The notes beneath the pieces are model-generated. The model had not been told where the DNA came from and made no database searches. It saw nothing but the letters and a program-made list of their open reading frames with translations. Below, one piece after another: positions 8,308 through 21,591 of a stretch of 46,129 nucleotides of DNA. A program made the translations under genes and the position numbers. Every line of letters begins with the position of its first letter. The stretch's first letter is position 1. The DNA is from a virus: the UHGV virus genome UHGV-0313764. The stretch is one strand, 5' to 3'.

Positions 8308-10176
8308 ATGAAAGTACAGCTTAGAACATACCAACAAGAAGCTGTTGATTCTGTTATAGGTCATATTCGTTCAAGCGTTTCATCATGCATGATCATTTTG
8401 CCTACAGGGTCTGGGAAAAGCGTTGTTGTTGCATCAATAGCCGATTGGGTTTTTAAAAATACTGGCAAGCGCGTTTTGTGTGTTGCCCCAACAAGTGAGT
8501 TAGTTGTGCAAAACAGGCAGCGTTATCTTTCTCTAACAGGAGAACCAGCCAGCATGTTTAGCGCTAAAGCTGGCCCTAAAAATCTTCGCCACCCGGTAGT
8601 ATTTGGCTCTCCTGTCACAATAAAAAATTCTATTGAAATGTTTGGTGATAAGTATGGCGCTGTCATTATTGATGAATGTGATGGAATAACGCCAACCATT
8701 AAATTTATTATTAATGAGATGAAGCGTCGCAATCCAAAACTGCGTGTTATTGGAATGACCGCTACGCCTTATCGCCTTGGAACTGGATACATCTACAAAG
8801 AGCACTACCTCGACGGTCCTACAGATGAAGAAACAGCCATAGAGCCATATTACGACAAAGTCGTTTATGAGCTTGAAGCTAAATTTCTCATAGAAAACGG
8901 ATACCTTACTCCTCCAGTGACAGAGCCTGTTTTTGACGAGTATGATACGTCTTGTCTTGAAAAGGATAAGTTAGGTCGGTACACGACAGCTTCAGTTGAA
9001 AAGGCGATGGTTGGAAAAGGAAGAAAAACATCACGTATTGTTGAGGATATTATCCGTCGCTCTGTTAATCGGCGCGGAACGATGATTTTTGCCAGCACCA
9101 AGAAACACGCTATGGAGATAATGGAGTCACTTCCTCCCGGTTCTTATAGTTATGTTTTTGGTGATATGCCAACAGCAGATCGCAACAAAGCAATATCAGA
9201 CTTCAAGGCGCAAAAGGTTAAATACATCGTTAACCAGAATATCCTTACTGTAGGGGTGGATGTTCCTCATTGTGATCACATAGCAGTAATGAGAGCCACA
9301 GAATCACCAAGACTCTACCAGCAAATAATTGGCAGGGGGACGCGTCTTTATGAAGGCAAGAAAGACTTTCTTGTCAGCGATTACGCAGGCAATATTCAAC
9401 GTCACTTTTCTGAGACCGGGGACTTGTTCACTCCAGAAATAAAAGCAACAAGGAAAAAACCATCAGTCCCAATGGATGTTAAATGCCCGTTATGTGGCTT
9501 TATCAATGAATTTGGTGTGCGTCCTAATCCTGAAAATCTTGAAGTTGACAAGGAAGGTTACTGGCTTGATTTGGCTGGTGACAGGGTGATGATTGATATT
9601 TTTGATAAATCAGGTGAAAAAATTGGAAGCAAGCCTATGCCTGCTCATTTTGGGAGGAGGTGTAAAAACTACGTTATGCATGGGCCATTAAGGGAAATGC
9701 ACAGGTGTACTTATAAGTGGTCGGTGAAAGAGTGTCCTGATTGTGGATTTGAAAATGATATAGCGGCAAGAAACTGCACATCATGCGGCGCTGAAATCAT
9801 TGACCCAAACCAAAAGCTAAAAGAAGAAGCTGACAGGCTTGATTCTTCTCCTTATGCAACAAAGCAATCAAGCGTAACCATGATGAACATCATGAAGCAT
9901 TACGTTTCAAGCGGTGAAGATTTAGTGCACGTAAAATTTGCTATTGAACAGAAACCATTTTTTGTTAGCAAGTTCTACAATCCAAACTCTGAGAAGGAAT
10001 GGATGAAGAAGGAGTGGGAAGAGTTTTGTGGGAGGTGCTTTGGTGAATCTGGCATGTCAATTGATGACGCAATATCTAAAAGAGATGAGGCTGTCGCGCC
10101 ATCAGTGATTATGTTCAGAAGAGATAAAGGAAGTAAATATTTCAACGTTAAAGGCATGTATTGGGGTGTATTATGA
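8308..10176 (+). CDS. SF2 DEAD/DEAH-type helicase with C-terminal zinc-ribbon inserts
   Basis: Motif I ILPTGSGKS, motif II IIDECD, motif III GMTATPYR, motif VI QIIGRGTR. C-terminal CxxC pairs (CPLCGF..., CPDCGF...CTSCG). Confidence 0.75.
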   Translation: MKVQLRTYQQEAVDSVIGHIRSSVSSCMIILPTGSGKSVVVASIADWVFKNTGKRVLCVAPTSELVVQNRQRYLSLTGEPASMFSAKAGPKNLRHPVVFGSPVTIKNSIEMFGDKYGAVIIDECDGITPTIKFIINEMKRRNPKLRVIGMTATPYRLGTGYIYKEHYLDGPTDEETAIEPYYDKVVYELEAKFLIENGYLTPPVTEPVFDEYDTSCLEKDKLGRYTTASVEKAMVGKGRKTSRIVEDIIRRSVNRRGTMIFASTKKHAMEIMESLPPGSYSYVFGDMPTADRNKAISDFKAQKVKYIVNQNILTVGVDVPHCDHIAVMRATESPRLYQQIIGRGTRLYEGKKDFLVSDYAGNIQRHFSETGDLFTPEIKATRKKPSVPMDVKCPLCGFINEFGVRPNPENLEVDKEGYWLDLAGDRVMIDIFDKSGEKIGSKPMPAHFGRRCKNYVMHGPLREMHRCTYKWSVKECPDCGFENDIAARNCTSCGAEIIDPNQKLKEEADRLDSSPYATKQSSVTMMNIMKHYVSSGEDLVHVKFAIEQKPFFVSKFYNPNSEKEWMKKEWEEFCGRCFGESGMSIDDAISKRDEAVAPSVIMFRRDKGSKYFNVKGMYWGVL

Positions 10177-10628
10177 TTTTTCCAGAAGGCGTTAAGGTAT
10201 ATGGCGATTTAGATTACAGAAACAAAAAGTGCCCGTCAGAAGATGCTGAACTGGAGACTTTTGTTAATCAGATAAGGAAGCTATATCCTGACTTTGCAAG
10301 AGTTATGATTCATGTGCCAAATGAAGGCAAGCGTAAAGGGTATGAAGTTGAAAACCTGAAGAAAAAGGGCGCGTTAAACTTCGGTGCCTCGGACATCATT
10401 ATCATCGGAAAGCAATCATTCGTTATGGAGATGAAGAGAATGGATCACACTTTATCAAAGTGGCAACCAGGGCAAATGGCATACCTCAAGGCTGCAAAAG
10501 AATTAGACTCCTTCGCGTGTGTATGTCTAGGCTGGGAAGCGGCAATGATGGCATTTAACGACTGGAGAGCAATAAATTACCCAAACTATAAAAAACCATC
10601 AGAGCCATTAATATTTGATGGTTTTTAA
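10173..10628 (+). CDS. VRR-NUC (PD-(D/E)xK) nuclease
   Basis: ATG at 10173 overlaps the helicase stop (ATGA). Motifs HVPNEGKRKG...GASDIIII...EMK match the VRR-NUC catalytic core. Confidence 0.6.
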   Translation: MIFPEGVKVYGDLDYRNKKCPSEDAELETFVNQIRKLYPDFARVMIHVPNEGKRKGYEVENLKKKGALNFGASDIIIIGKQSFVMEMKRMDHTLSKWQPGQMAYLKAAKELDSFACVCLGWEAAMMAFNDWRAINYPNYKKPSEPLIFDGF

Positions 10629-10748
10629 CAACAACGCCAGCAATCAGGACAGCAACCTCAACGTCAACAACAGCAGCAGACAAAACAACAAAGCCCACAA
10701 GGAGTCAATGAGCCACCGATGGACTTCGATGATTCAATACCCTTCTGA
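10629..10748 (+). other. ORF-less segment, in frame after the VRR-NUC TAA stop, encoding an SSB-type Q-rich linker plus acidic tip
   Basis: Translation in the VRR-NUC frame gives QQRQQSGQQPQRQQQQQTKQQSPQGVNEPPMDFDDSIPF*. The only in-frame ATG is 9 codons before the stop. Confidence 0.5.
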
Positions 10749-10934
10749 TGATAAAACTAACCCCGCCGAAGCGGGGTTTTTCGTGCTCAAGCGCTCAACT
10801 CGTCAGATGTAGACATGCCAACAACACACCAGTAGTCGTAGTTGACGTCATAGACCAGGGAAATACCACGATGTCTCCCGGCAGCAGGAGGTGTTTGTGT
10901 TGAAGGTAAAGCTGATGGAATACTGCAAAACGAA

Positions 10935-10965
10935 AAAGCCCCTCAATCGAGGGGCTTATATTTTA
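10935..10965. terminator. bidirectional terminator between the replication module and the tailspike gene
   Basis: Hairpin AGCCCCTC-aatc-GAGGGGCT with an A-run upstream and TATATTTT downstream. It overlaps the tailspike stop. Confidence 0.6.
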
Positions 10966-12798
10966 AATCGCAGTGACACTGTAATTACCAAATGAGTCAG
11001 CGGTTATCCGATTGGTGACAACTATCTCCCCTGTAACCCTGTTACCCCACGCTGCATTTTCAGCTGTTTGACCTGGATTCCCATTAGGATCTTCTAACCT
11101 AATATCCCCCCCGATATGGTTATTGTATGCAACATGACGTTTAGGTCCGCCAGTACCCTGGGAGTTCGTAGTTGCTCGGATGCCGTAATCAGTCTCTACC
11201 AGAGATGGTATTATATTTCCGTCATAGATAGCTCCAGACCCGGAGGTTCCTGTTGAACCGACATCCGCCCATATCCCGCGCTGGAGCTGACCAACGCCTC
11301 TGTTTCTGGAGAACCGGGGTGTGTTAATGGAGGCAAACCTAGCAATATCGAAAGTGTTTACACATAGATTGTCTTCGTAATCGAACGTCCCACCATATGC
11401 AAGAAAGACAGGTCTGAGCTTTTTACCAATAGAAGTCGCATCGAAAAATATATTAGAGCTTATTTTGCATCGATGTGTGTATTCTCGAGAATCTGTACGT
11501 ATTGCTGTAGTGTTAACTCCGGTGTAGTCGTCAGTCATAACAAACCAATTCCCATGCACCAGCATATCATCGTCAGATGAAAGGTTGTATATGCAACCTT
11601 CACCAGCAAAAGAATCAACAAAAAAGTTATCAGATATAGTTGTACGACCAAGCAAATCTTCAAGATGGATCGCGCTATCGCCAGCAGTCCTTCGAATTAA
11701 GTTGTTTGAGATGGTGACGTCTTCAAGCTCAGTCATTCCAACGAATCTTTGTTCCGTAGCTAGAGAGTTCCAGTTATCAGCCCCGTCGTATATATTAGAC
11801 AAAATCTGCCACGATCTGGTGCCAATAGATGCAGAGTTAGCTTCAACAAAGTCATATTTCATATTTCTGGCGTTATTATTAATTATGCGAACATTATTAC
11901 TAGCATATCCAACCTGCTGTATAATACCGTACCCTGTACCATCAAATACATTGTTTGCCACGGTCACATCTGAACATGCCAGCAATAGCACAATTTGGTT
12001 TTGCCCATTGAAAAAGTTACCAGATATACAAACATCCACAGCTCCGTTGTACGGAGAAATGACGGCAGGTGATAAGCCAGTCAACTTGAGACCAGAAACG
12101 GTCGTCCGAGAATTCATCCTGATAATGCTGGCAATGTTCGCGCAAACGACAGACGGGCGGCCATAACCAAGTAGCTCGAAATCGTCAGGCAGTTCCATAA
12201 TCGACGATATGTTGTAGGTACGGTCGCTCGTCACGAACAGTGATTTGACACCGTCAGCAGCAGCACGGTTAATTGCGAGTGTTAGATTCGTCTCAGACGG
12301 TAGCATATAGTCATTGGCTGTTGGGACGTCTTTTAGCTTATCTCCTACAGTGCGAGGAACATCATCAACGCGAGAAAAACCTACCATCAGCGACCCTAGT
12401 TTACTAGAGAGTTGCTGACGCAGTGATGCATCACCAACACTAACCCATGCACCAAGACCAACACCACCTGTTGTTGCCGGAGTTGAACCAGCTGGCACTG
12501 TTTTTGGCAGGTCGCCATCCCAACGGTAATACTCGCCAGTTGCCTCATATCGCAAAACCTGATTAGGAAGTGTCAGTGTCGAGCCATCTTCGAAGCTATC
12601 CATTGTGATATAGCCATAGTTGCGAATCGCTTCTTCTGCGGTGTATTGGAATCCAGCAATAGTCCAGCGGCGCACACCGAAACGATCGGTATAGTAATGC
12701 GATTCAGATGTCACTACCTCGTCAATTTTCCCAGCATTAAATTTAAGGTCGCGAGGGTCTTCTGACGGAATTGGTTTATTAGTTGGGGTGGTAGCCAT
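10963..12798 (-). CDS. tail fiber/tailspike with right-handed beta-helix (pectate-lyase fold); candidate depolymerase
   Basis: 611 aa. N-terminal conserved anchor region (GEYYRWDGDLPKTVPAGSTPATTGGVGLGAWVSVGD). Central repeats rich in N/G/I/V (NNVFDGTGYGII..., VRIINNNARN...) typical of parallel beta-helix. Confidence 0.65.
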   Translation of the reverse strand: MATTPTNKPIPSEDPRDLKFNAGKIDEVVTSESHYYTDRFGVRRWTIAGFQYTAEEAIRNYGYITMDSFEDGSTLTLPNQVLRYEATGEYYRWDGDLPKTVPAGSTPATTGGVGLGAWVSVGDASLRQQLSSKLGSLMVGFSRVDDVPRTVGDKLKDVPTANDYMLPSETNLTLAINRAAADGVKSLFVTSDRTYNISSIMELPDDFELLGYGRPSVVCANIASIIRMNSRTTVSGLKLTGLSPAVISPYNGAVDVCISGNFFNGQNQIVLLLACSDVTVANNVFDGTGYGIIQQVGYASNNVRIINNNARNMKYDFVEANSASIGTRSWQILSNIYDGADNWNSLATEQRFVGMTELEDVTISNNLIRRTAGDSAIHLEDLLGRTTISDNFFVDSFAGEGCIYNLSSDDDMLVHGNWFVMTDDYTGVNTTAIRTDSREYTHRCKISSNIFFDATSIGKKLRPVFLAYGGTFDYEDNLCVNTFDIARFASINTPRFSRNRGVGQLQRGIWADVGSTGTSGSGAIYDGNIIPSLVETDYGIRATTNSQGTGGPKRHVAYNNHIGGDIRLEDPNGNPGQTAENAAWGNRVTGEIVVTNRITADSFGNYSVTAI

Positions 12799-12837
12799 TA
12801 TAATAAATGCTCCTTTGTGAATTTGATGTATATTGTA

Positions 12838-16639
<3,802 letters not shown>

Positions 16640-16780
16640 GTGAAATCCTCTTCGCTTTGTTGATGTATTTTAGCACGTAGACCATTAGAGTTATTTATCG
16701 TCACGATAAGGATTCGGATTTGAAGCATTCGTATTTTAAATGGATACTAAGTTTGCCAAAAAAATATGAGGGATTTAATC

Positions 16781-16948
16781 ATGGATTACCATAAACTGAT
16801 TGCTGCATTTATTAATAATGGCCTCAACGAAAAAGATGCCTTTGATGCTGCGTATGCGTACAGAAACTGCGATCTCATGCTTGAAGGCGATTCGCAAGAA
16901 GACTATGACAAAGCAGTACATGAAGAAATTAGTTGCTGGGAAGCATGA
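16781..16948 (+). CDS. small hypothetical protein (55 aa) on the opposite strand between tail genes
   Basis: ATG at 16781 with RBS TGAGGG. Candidate promoter TTGAAG-17-GATACT upstream. Followed by a terminator. Confidence 0.3.
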   Translation: MDYHKLIAAFINNGLNEKDAFDAAYAYRNCDLMLEGDSQEDYDKAVHEEISCWEA

Positions 16949-16952
16949 TAAC

Positions 16953-16978
16953 AAAGCCCCTTCCGGGGCTTTTCTCAT
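16953..16978 (+). terminator. Rho-independent terminator
   Basis: Hairpin AGCCCC-ttcc-GGGGCT followed by TTTCTCATT. It overlaps the tape-measure stop codon. Confidence 0.5.
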
Positions 16979-19917
16979 TCCGTTGCTCTTCTGTTGGTGT
17001 TGTAGTTTCTTGAGATGGCTTGCCCTATCGGGCCATTTTCCGAAATATCACTCACAATAGTCTCAATCGTCACGCTACCGTCACCATTATCTCTGGCACT
17101 GCTGCTAACCTGAGCAGAACTATTGTTGATAACGCTATTATAAACCACAACGCCACTACCACCTCCGGTAATGTCTTTGTTGCTGATAACTGAGCCATCG
17201 TTGCCTGGAATCATGTACTGGCGACCGTTGGACGCCTGGAATATCTCAGGCAAGCCATTCTCGCCTACTTCGTACATACCTCCTGCGCTAACTGGGCCGC
17301 CATTTTTACGCTTGCCAGCAATACCCATCGCCAGCGCCCCGAGAACGGCACCGACCCCAATTGCAGCCGCCCCGCCGAATGAGCCGATTGATGCTACGAT
17401 TGCCGCAGGAGTCCATGCTGCCGTGGTGGTGGCTGCTGCCGCAGTGGAAGCTGCTGTTGTGGTTGCCAGTCCTGCTGTTTGCGCCGCTGTGGTTGTCGCT
17501 GTGGCTGCAACCTGTGCTGTCTGCCCCATAACCGCAGATTTCACCCACTGCACGCCCATCTCGACGAAGCTGTTTACCAGTGAGTTAAGCACCGTGGAGC
17601 CTAGACTACGCATGGCATCCTGAACGCTCATTGTTCCGGTAAGCAATCCGGTAATGCTGTTTGATGCTGTGCTCATTGCCGAATCAAGCGCAGTGCCGAA
17701 AAGTTGAGCGCCGAGGCTTTGTTGCTGCCATTCAGCCCACATCGCATCCATTCGCTGCTGGCGGTATTGTGCTTCAATTGCTGCGCGAGTCTTTTCAATC
17801 TCCGTGATTTTTTGCGGATATGCTGCGGCGTAGGCATCAAGGTCAGCCATGCGTTGCTGGTATTCACTGTCAATGCCAGTCGTTGGTGACGCAATGGCAC
17901 GTAATCCCTGATATGATTTTTCTACGCGCTGCCTTTCCTTCTCCGCTTCCGCCTGTTCCTTCAGCGCATTCTTCTGGTCCCAAATCTTAGCGGCGTACTC
18001 ACCAGCCAGTTTTATTTGCTCCTGAGTGGCGGCCTTGCCAAGCGATTGCTGCGCGTTGAGGATGGATTGCTCGCGGGAGAGTTCTTTTGTTGATTCTGCC
18101 TGACCAGCAAGTAATGCCTCGTCACGAAGTTTATTTAATTTCTGCTGGATTGTTTCCTGTTGCTTTAATTCCGTTTTTAGCTGGTTGTTTGCATTGCGTT
18201 CATCTTTCGCTGCCTGAGCGTTTTTTTCCTGTTGGCGATACGTTTCAAGACGAACGTTATAGTATTCACGGAATGCAGCAGTGTTTTGTTTTAGACCCTG
18301 CGCCTCCGCATCACGCCAAGCCTGAGCCTTTAACCTTTCATCACCTGTCTGTCTTTCAATGAATAGCGTTTGTCGTGCAGTTTGTAGCGCCTTATCCTGA
18401 CTTGACGTTAAGGAATTCGTCATCTCCTTAAGAGCTTTCAGACGCATTGTTGCATCAGTTGTTGTGGTAGCAATTTCCAGCAAACGAGCAGCATATTCTC
18501 GTGCCTTTTGCGCGCCAGATGACTGCCCTTCACCTACCTTTTGCAGAGTAACAATTAAAGCATTAAGTTTTTCATTGCTTGGGTTTTTAGCGATTTCAGA
18601 GAGCTGCTTGGCGAACTCGAAAGCCTGCTGGTCGGTCAGGTCAAATCTACTCGCAAGAGCGCCAACGGTGGCAATCATGCTGTTCATCGTTGATTGCCCG
18701 GCAAGTCCAGCAGATGCGGCCTGCTTCATCGCTTCACCGAAATCATTGGTGGTGATATTCATCATGGACAGGTAATCATTAAACGATTTAACGCTGACAT
18801 TAGCTCCTGACAATGAAGCAAATAGGCGATCGCCAAAGGTGACGAACTCACTGGATGCTTTTGATACTTCCTTAGATACCTTTGAGAGCGCCGCCGAAAG
18901 TTCAAGTTGTGCTTGCTGGCGCATCAGTGTTGCAACGGTTGCGTTGGCTTTTGCTAGAGCTGCAAACTTATCTGAGTATGCTGCCACGCCATTACTTGAA
19001 ACGCTGATAACCTGATCCATTGCAGAAATGGCATCCTTCATGGCGTCAATGGCATTCTTACCATTGCTTAGCGAGGCCATCAGTGAGCCAGCGATAACTG
19101 TCGCTATTGTTAACACTGCGCCAGCAACAGGGCTGAATATAGATGCAAGTTGCGAACCCTGCTGACTGAATGCAACAAGCGCAGACTGACCACCCTGAAC
19201 CTGAACAATAAAGTCCTGAACCTGATAGCCACCCTGCTGTAGTGCGTTCCTGAAAACGTTTGTGGATTTGCCAGCCGACTCTGTACCGTTTTTCATGTCG
19301 TACAGTCGACCAGTCAGCTCAGCAATCTTGGCCTTTTGCGCATCAGTTGCGCCATCTCCAGCTCTGAGTTGCGCCGCAAGAATTGCCGCACTTCTCGCGC
19401 CGTTTTCCATTTGCTCTTCAAGAATTGCAACCTGATTACCGAGGCTTTCAATTAATCTTTCTGTGCCAGATATGCTTGCGCCAGCGCCGCCAGTAGATGT
19501 ACCAAGCTCACGAATAGCAGTCGTAACAGCATTAATTGAGGTTTCCAGTCTGCCAGTAGAAACAGCGGCTTGTTGCTGTTGCTGCTGCATCATGGCGAGT
19601 TGTTGATTTAGAGCGTCGATAACCTGATTGGCTGACTCGGCAGATTGCGATGTTGATTTGACAGCGCTTGCCGCACCATCACTGGATGCCGCCATCTTGC
19701 TTAGCGTGGCATCAATGCTTTTAACCACGGAAACAAGGGAAGAGAATGCCTTTCCGGCTGAGTCAGCCTGACCATCAAGTTTATTTAAATTCTTCGTGGA
19801 GCCACTTACAGCGGAGTCAAATTTTGATAACTCTGATTCCGCTGAGCTTGCTCCTGCTTTAAGCCCGGATACATCCATCCCGACTTCGTAGACAATCCCA
19901 CCGACTTCTTCGGCCAT
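16975..19917 (-). CDS. tail tape measure protein
   Basis: 980 aa with long alpha-helical coiled-coil regions and a Gly/Ala-rich hydrophobic C-terminal region. Position is between the chaperone gene and the minor tail genes. Confidence 0.8.
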   Translation of the reverse strand: MAEEVGGIVYEVGMDVSGLKAGASSAESELSKFDSAVSGSTKNLNKLDGQADSAGKAFSSLVSVVKSIDATLSKMAASSDGAASAVKSTSQSAESANQVIDALNQQLAMMQQQQQQAAVSTGRLETSINAVTTAIRELGTSTGGAGASISGTERLIESLGNQVAILEEQMENGARSAAILAAQLRAGDGATDAQKAKIAELTGRLYDMKNGTESAGKSTNVFRNALQQGGYQVQDFIVQVQGGQSALVAFSQQGSQLASIFSPVAGAVLTIATVIAGSLMASLSNGKNAIDAMKDAISAMDQVISVSSNGVAAYSDKFAALAKANATVATLMRQQAQLELSAALSKVSKEVSKASSEFVTFGDRLFASLSGANVSVKSFNDYLSMMNITTNDFGEAMKQAASAGLAGQSTMNSMIATVGALASRFDLTDQQAFEFAKQLSEIAKNPSNEKLNALIVTLQKVGEGQSSGAQKAREYAARLLEIATTTTDATMRLKALKEMTNSLTSSQDKALQTARQTLFIERQTGDERLKAQAWRDAEAQGLKQNTAAFREYYNVRLETYRQQEKNAQAAKDERNANNQLKTELKQQETIQQKLNKLRDEALLAGQAESTKELSREQSILNAQQSLGKAATQEQIKLAGEYAAKIWDQKNALKEQAEAEKERQRVEKSYQGLRAIASPTTGIDSEYQQRMADLDAYAAAYPQKITEIEKTRAAIEAQYRQQRMDAMWAEWQQQSLGAQLFGTALDSAMSTASNSITGLLTGTMSVQDAMRSLGSTVLNSLVNSFVEMGVQWVKSAVMGQTAQVAATATTTAAQTAGLATTTAASTAAAATTTAAWTPAAIVASIGSFGGAAAIGVGAVLGALAMGIAGKRKNGGPVSAGGMYEVGENGLPEIFQASNGRQYMIPGNDGSVISNKDITGGGSGVVVYNSVINNSSAQVSSSARDNGDGSVTIETIVSDISENGPIGQAISRNYNTNRRATE

Positions 19918-20633
19918 TATGTATTCCTCGCTTTTTTCGCTTTGCGTTCAGCCAGTGCTTTCATGCGCTCACGGTCTGCTTTAGCCTGGTCGTACTCTGC
20001 CGCACGCTCTTCTTTCGTTAACCCTTTCGGCTCTGGATATTTATTCTTAATCATCATCTGAAACTCTGTCATAGACAGGTTTTCTGCCTCATCGCGCGTC
20101 ATGTCGAAATGCGTGCGTGCTGAGATGATGTATTGCGACGCATGAAACTCGTTTGTGGTTTTCTTGCTCTGCTCTTCCAGTCGTTCGGGGACTTTTAGTG
20201 GCGACTTGCCGATGATGCCGTGCTGCATCAGGTTACGCGCAATAATAATAATGTCGCTCACTGGCATAATGCCAGGCACATATCTCACGCCGCGCGGAGT
20301 TGGCTTCCAACCGCCAATCAATACGGAAACATCATCTTCACAGCACGACTGCATGACAATATAGGCCGCACTCAGCACATGCCGACCATACACTGGCTTG
20401 CTGATGGTCTTCATAACCTGCATCTGTGCGCCAAATGGCAGGTATTCTACGTGCTGCAATGGCGCAACATAATCAATGCCATTGAGCTTAGCGTATACCT
20501 CGACGATTTCTTTTGGTGTGCCGATTTCATTCATGGCGCGGAATGATGGCTTAAAGAAAAAACTCCTGTCGGAAAGCGAGATGCGCATCTCCCCGATTTC
20601 TGTTAGTGGCGTGCGATTGCTCATGTTTTGCAT
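19917..20633 (-). CDS. tail assembly chaperone (G/GT-like position)
   Basis: 238-aa ORF whose stop overlaps the tape measure start, with a highly charged C-terminus. No separate frameshift ORF was detected in the track. Confidence 0.45.
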   Translation of the reverse strand: MQNMSNRTPLTEIGEMRISLSDRSFFFKPSFRAMNEIGTPKEIVEVYAKLNGIDYVAPLQHVEYLPFGAQMQVMKTISKPVYGRHVLSAAYIVMQSCCEDDVSVLIGGWKPTPRGVRYVPGIMPVSDIIIIARNLMQHGIIGKSPLKVPERLEEQSKKTTNEFHASQYIISARTHFDMTRDEAENLSMTEFQMMIKNKYPEPKGLTKEERAAEYDQAKADRERMKALAERKAKKARNT

Positions 20634-20673
20634 CCTGAATTTGACTGATGTTGATTATATCATCTCAGTGGTG

Positions 20674-20702
20674 TTGACACCTGCGAGGTGGTGATGTAGA
20701 TT
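20674..20702 (+). promoter_or_regulatory. sigma70-like promoter (TTGACA-17-TAGATT), promoter-family member
   Basis: GGTGTTGACA cctgcgaggtggtgatg TAGATT. It drives the plus-strand moron cassette. Confidence 0.6.
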
Positions 20703-20737
20703 CAAATCATCGAAACGAGATATGAATGAGGTGAGTT

Positions 20738-21031
20738 ATGAAAATTAAAATGTTGATTGCATCTGCTTTACTGGTTTCTTCCTTTTCCGTCAGCGCAACT
20801 TCAGAGATGTGCAAAAACATCGGAGAAATTGCCATGAATACCGCCGATGTTCGCGACAACGGTATCAGTAAGAATCTTGCCGAGGTGGTAGTAAAAGGCT
20901 CAGCAAAAAACAACGAATCAGCAGAAATAATCGGCCTTGCTATCGTAGAAATGGTTTATGCACGCAAGGATATGACAAAAGAGCAATTGCGTGATGTATC
21001 TGTTGCTTTGTGCGAAAAGAATGGAATGTAA
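20738..21031 (+). CDS. small secreted protein (signal peptide)
   Basis: N-terminal MKIKMLIASALLVSSFSVSA followed by a TSE cleavage-like site. First gene of the moron cassette. Confidence 0.5.
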   Translation: MKIKMLIASALLVSSFSVSATSEMCKNIGEIAMNTADVRDNGISKNLAEVVVKGSAKNNESAEIIGLAIVEMVYARKDMTKEQLRDVSVALCEKNGM

Positions 21032-21063
21032 TATAAACAAGTTATTAACAGTTGAGGTTAGCT

Positions 21064-21258
21064 ATGGACGTTGTTATTTTGTTGTTTTTTGTTGGTTTGG
21101 TGATATTTGCGTACCTTCTGCCATCCTTTGTGGCATTGCAAAGAAAGCATACAAATACGACCGCAATCTGTGTGCTAAATATTCTTGTCGGATGGAGTTT
21201 TGTTGGGTGGGTTGCAGCACTTGTTTGGGCATTAGTTAAGAGTGACAACAAGAAATGA
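21064..21258 (+). CDS. superinfection immunity (Imm-like) small inner-membrane protein
   Basis: ATG at 21064 with GAGG RBS. Sequence LPSFVALQRKHTNTTAICVLNILVGWSFVGWVAALVWAL matches the Imm_superinfect family pattern (LPS..A..RKH.N..AIfvLN.lLGWt.iGWv.AliWAl). Confidence 0.5.
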   Translation: MDVVILLFFVGLVIFAYLLPSFVALQRKHTNTTAICVLNILVGWSFVGWVAALVWALVKSDNKK

Positions 21259-21398
21259 ACGAACAAACAAAAGCAGACCTGATTTTCTACACTGATTTGT
21301 ATGTCGATGCGGGTTACGACTATGAAGAAGCTGAACGCATGGCGAAAGACTTGCTTCGTGTGATTGGTGTGATTTTTGATGAGGATAAGGTGATATGA
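21255..21398 (+). CDS. hypothetical small protein (47 aa)
   Basis: ATG at 21255. Its stop overlaps the next ATG (ATGA coupling). Confidence 0.25.
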   Translation: MNEQTKADLIFYTDLYVDAGYDYEEAERMAKDLLRVIGVIFDEDKVI

Positions 21399-21589
21399 GT
21401 CAGTGGATTAAGTGTAGTGAGCGGATGCCAAACGAAGAAGATGTTTTGGTTTATTGCTCAGACACAAAAGAGCAGATGGTTGGATTCCATAAGGGGAAAG
21501 GACTATTCCAATTTTTCTATATGAATGGAGTTGAAGGAGTCTGTGAGCCAACATACTGGATGCCACTACCGCAGCCACCACAAGAATAA
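21395..21589 (+). CDS. DUF551-like phage protein
   Basis: 64 aa, MSQWIKCSERMP...YWMPLPQPPQE. The W....E.LP... YWMPLP.PP pattern is typical of DUF551. Confidence 0.45.
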   Translation: MSQWIKCSERMPNEEDVLVYCSDTKEQMVGFHKGKGLFQFFYMNGVEGVCEPTYWMPLPQPPQE

Positions 21590-21591
21590 AA

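Noticed and set aside
17171-17623. 150-aa plus-strand ORF (Ala/Pro-rich) antisense to the tape measure gene
   Set aside because: A typical artefact of the GC-rich, Ala-codon-rich region of the tape measure gene. No RBS.
19560-19600. Poly-Gln run (QQQQQQ) in the tape measure protein as a repeat feature
   Set aside because: Short low-complexity stretch inside a coiled-coil protein. Not a DNA-level repeat of interest.
19917-20633. Search for a -1 programmed frameshift (G/GT) in the tail chaperone gene
   Set aside because: The track shows a single 238-aa ORF and no overlapping same-strand ORF in another frame. I could not identify a convincing slippery heptamer by eye, so the call is left as a single product with uncertainty.
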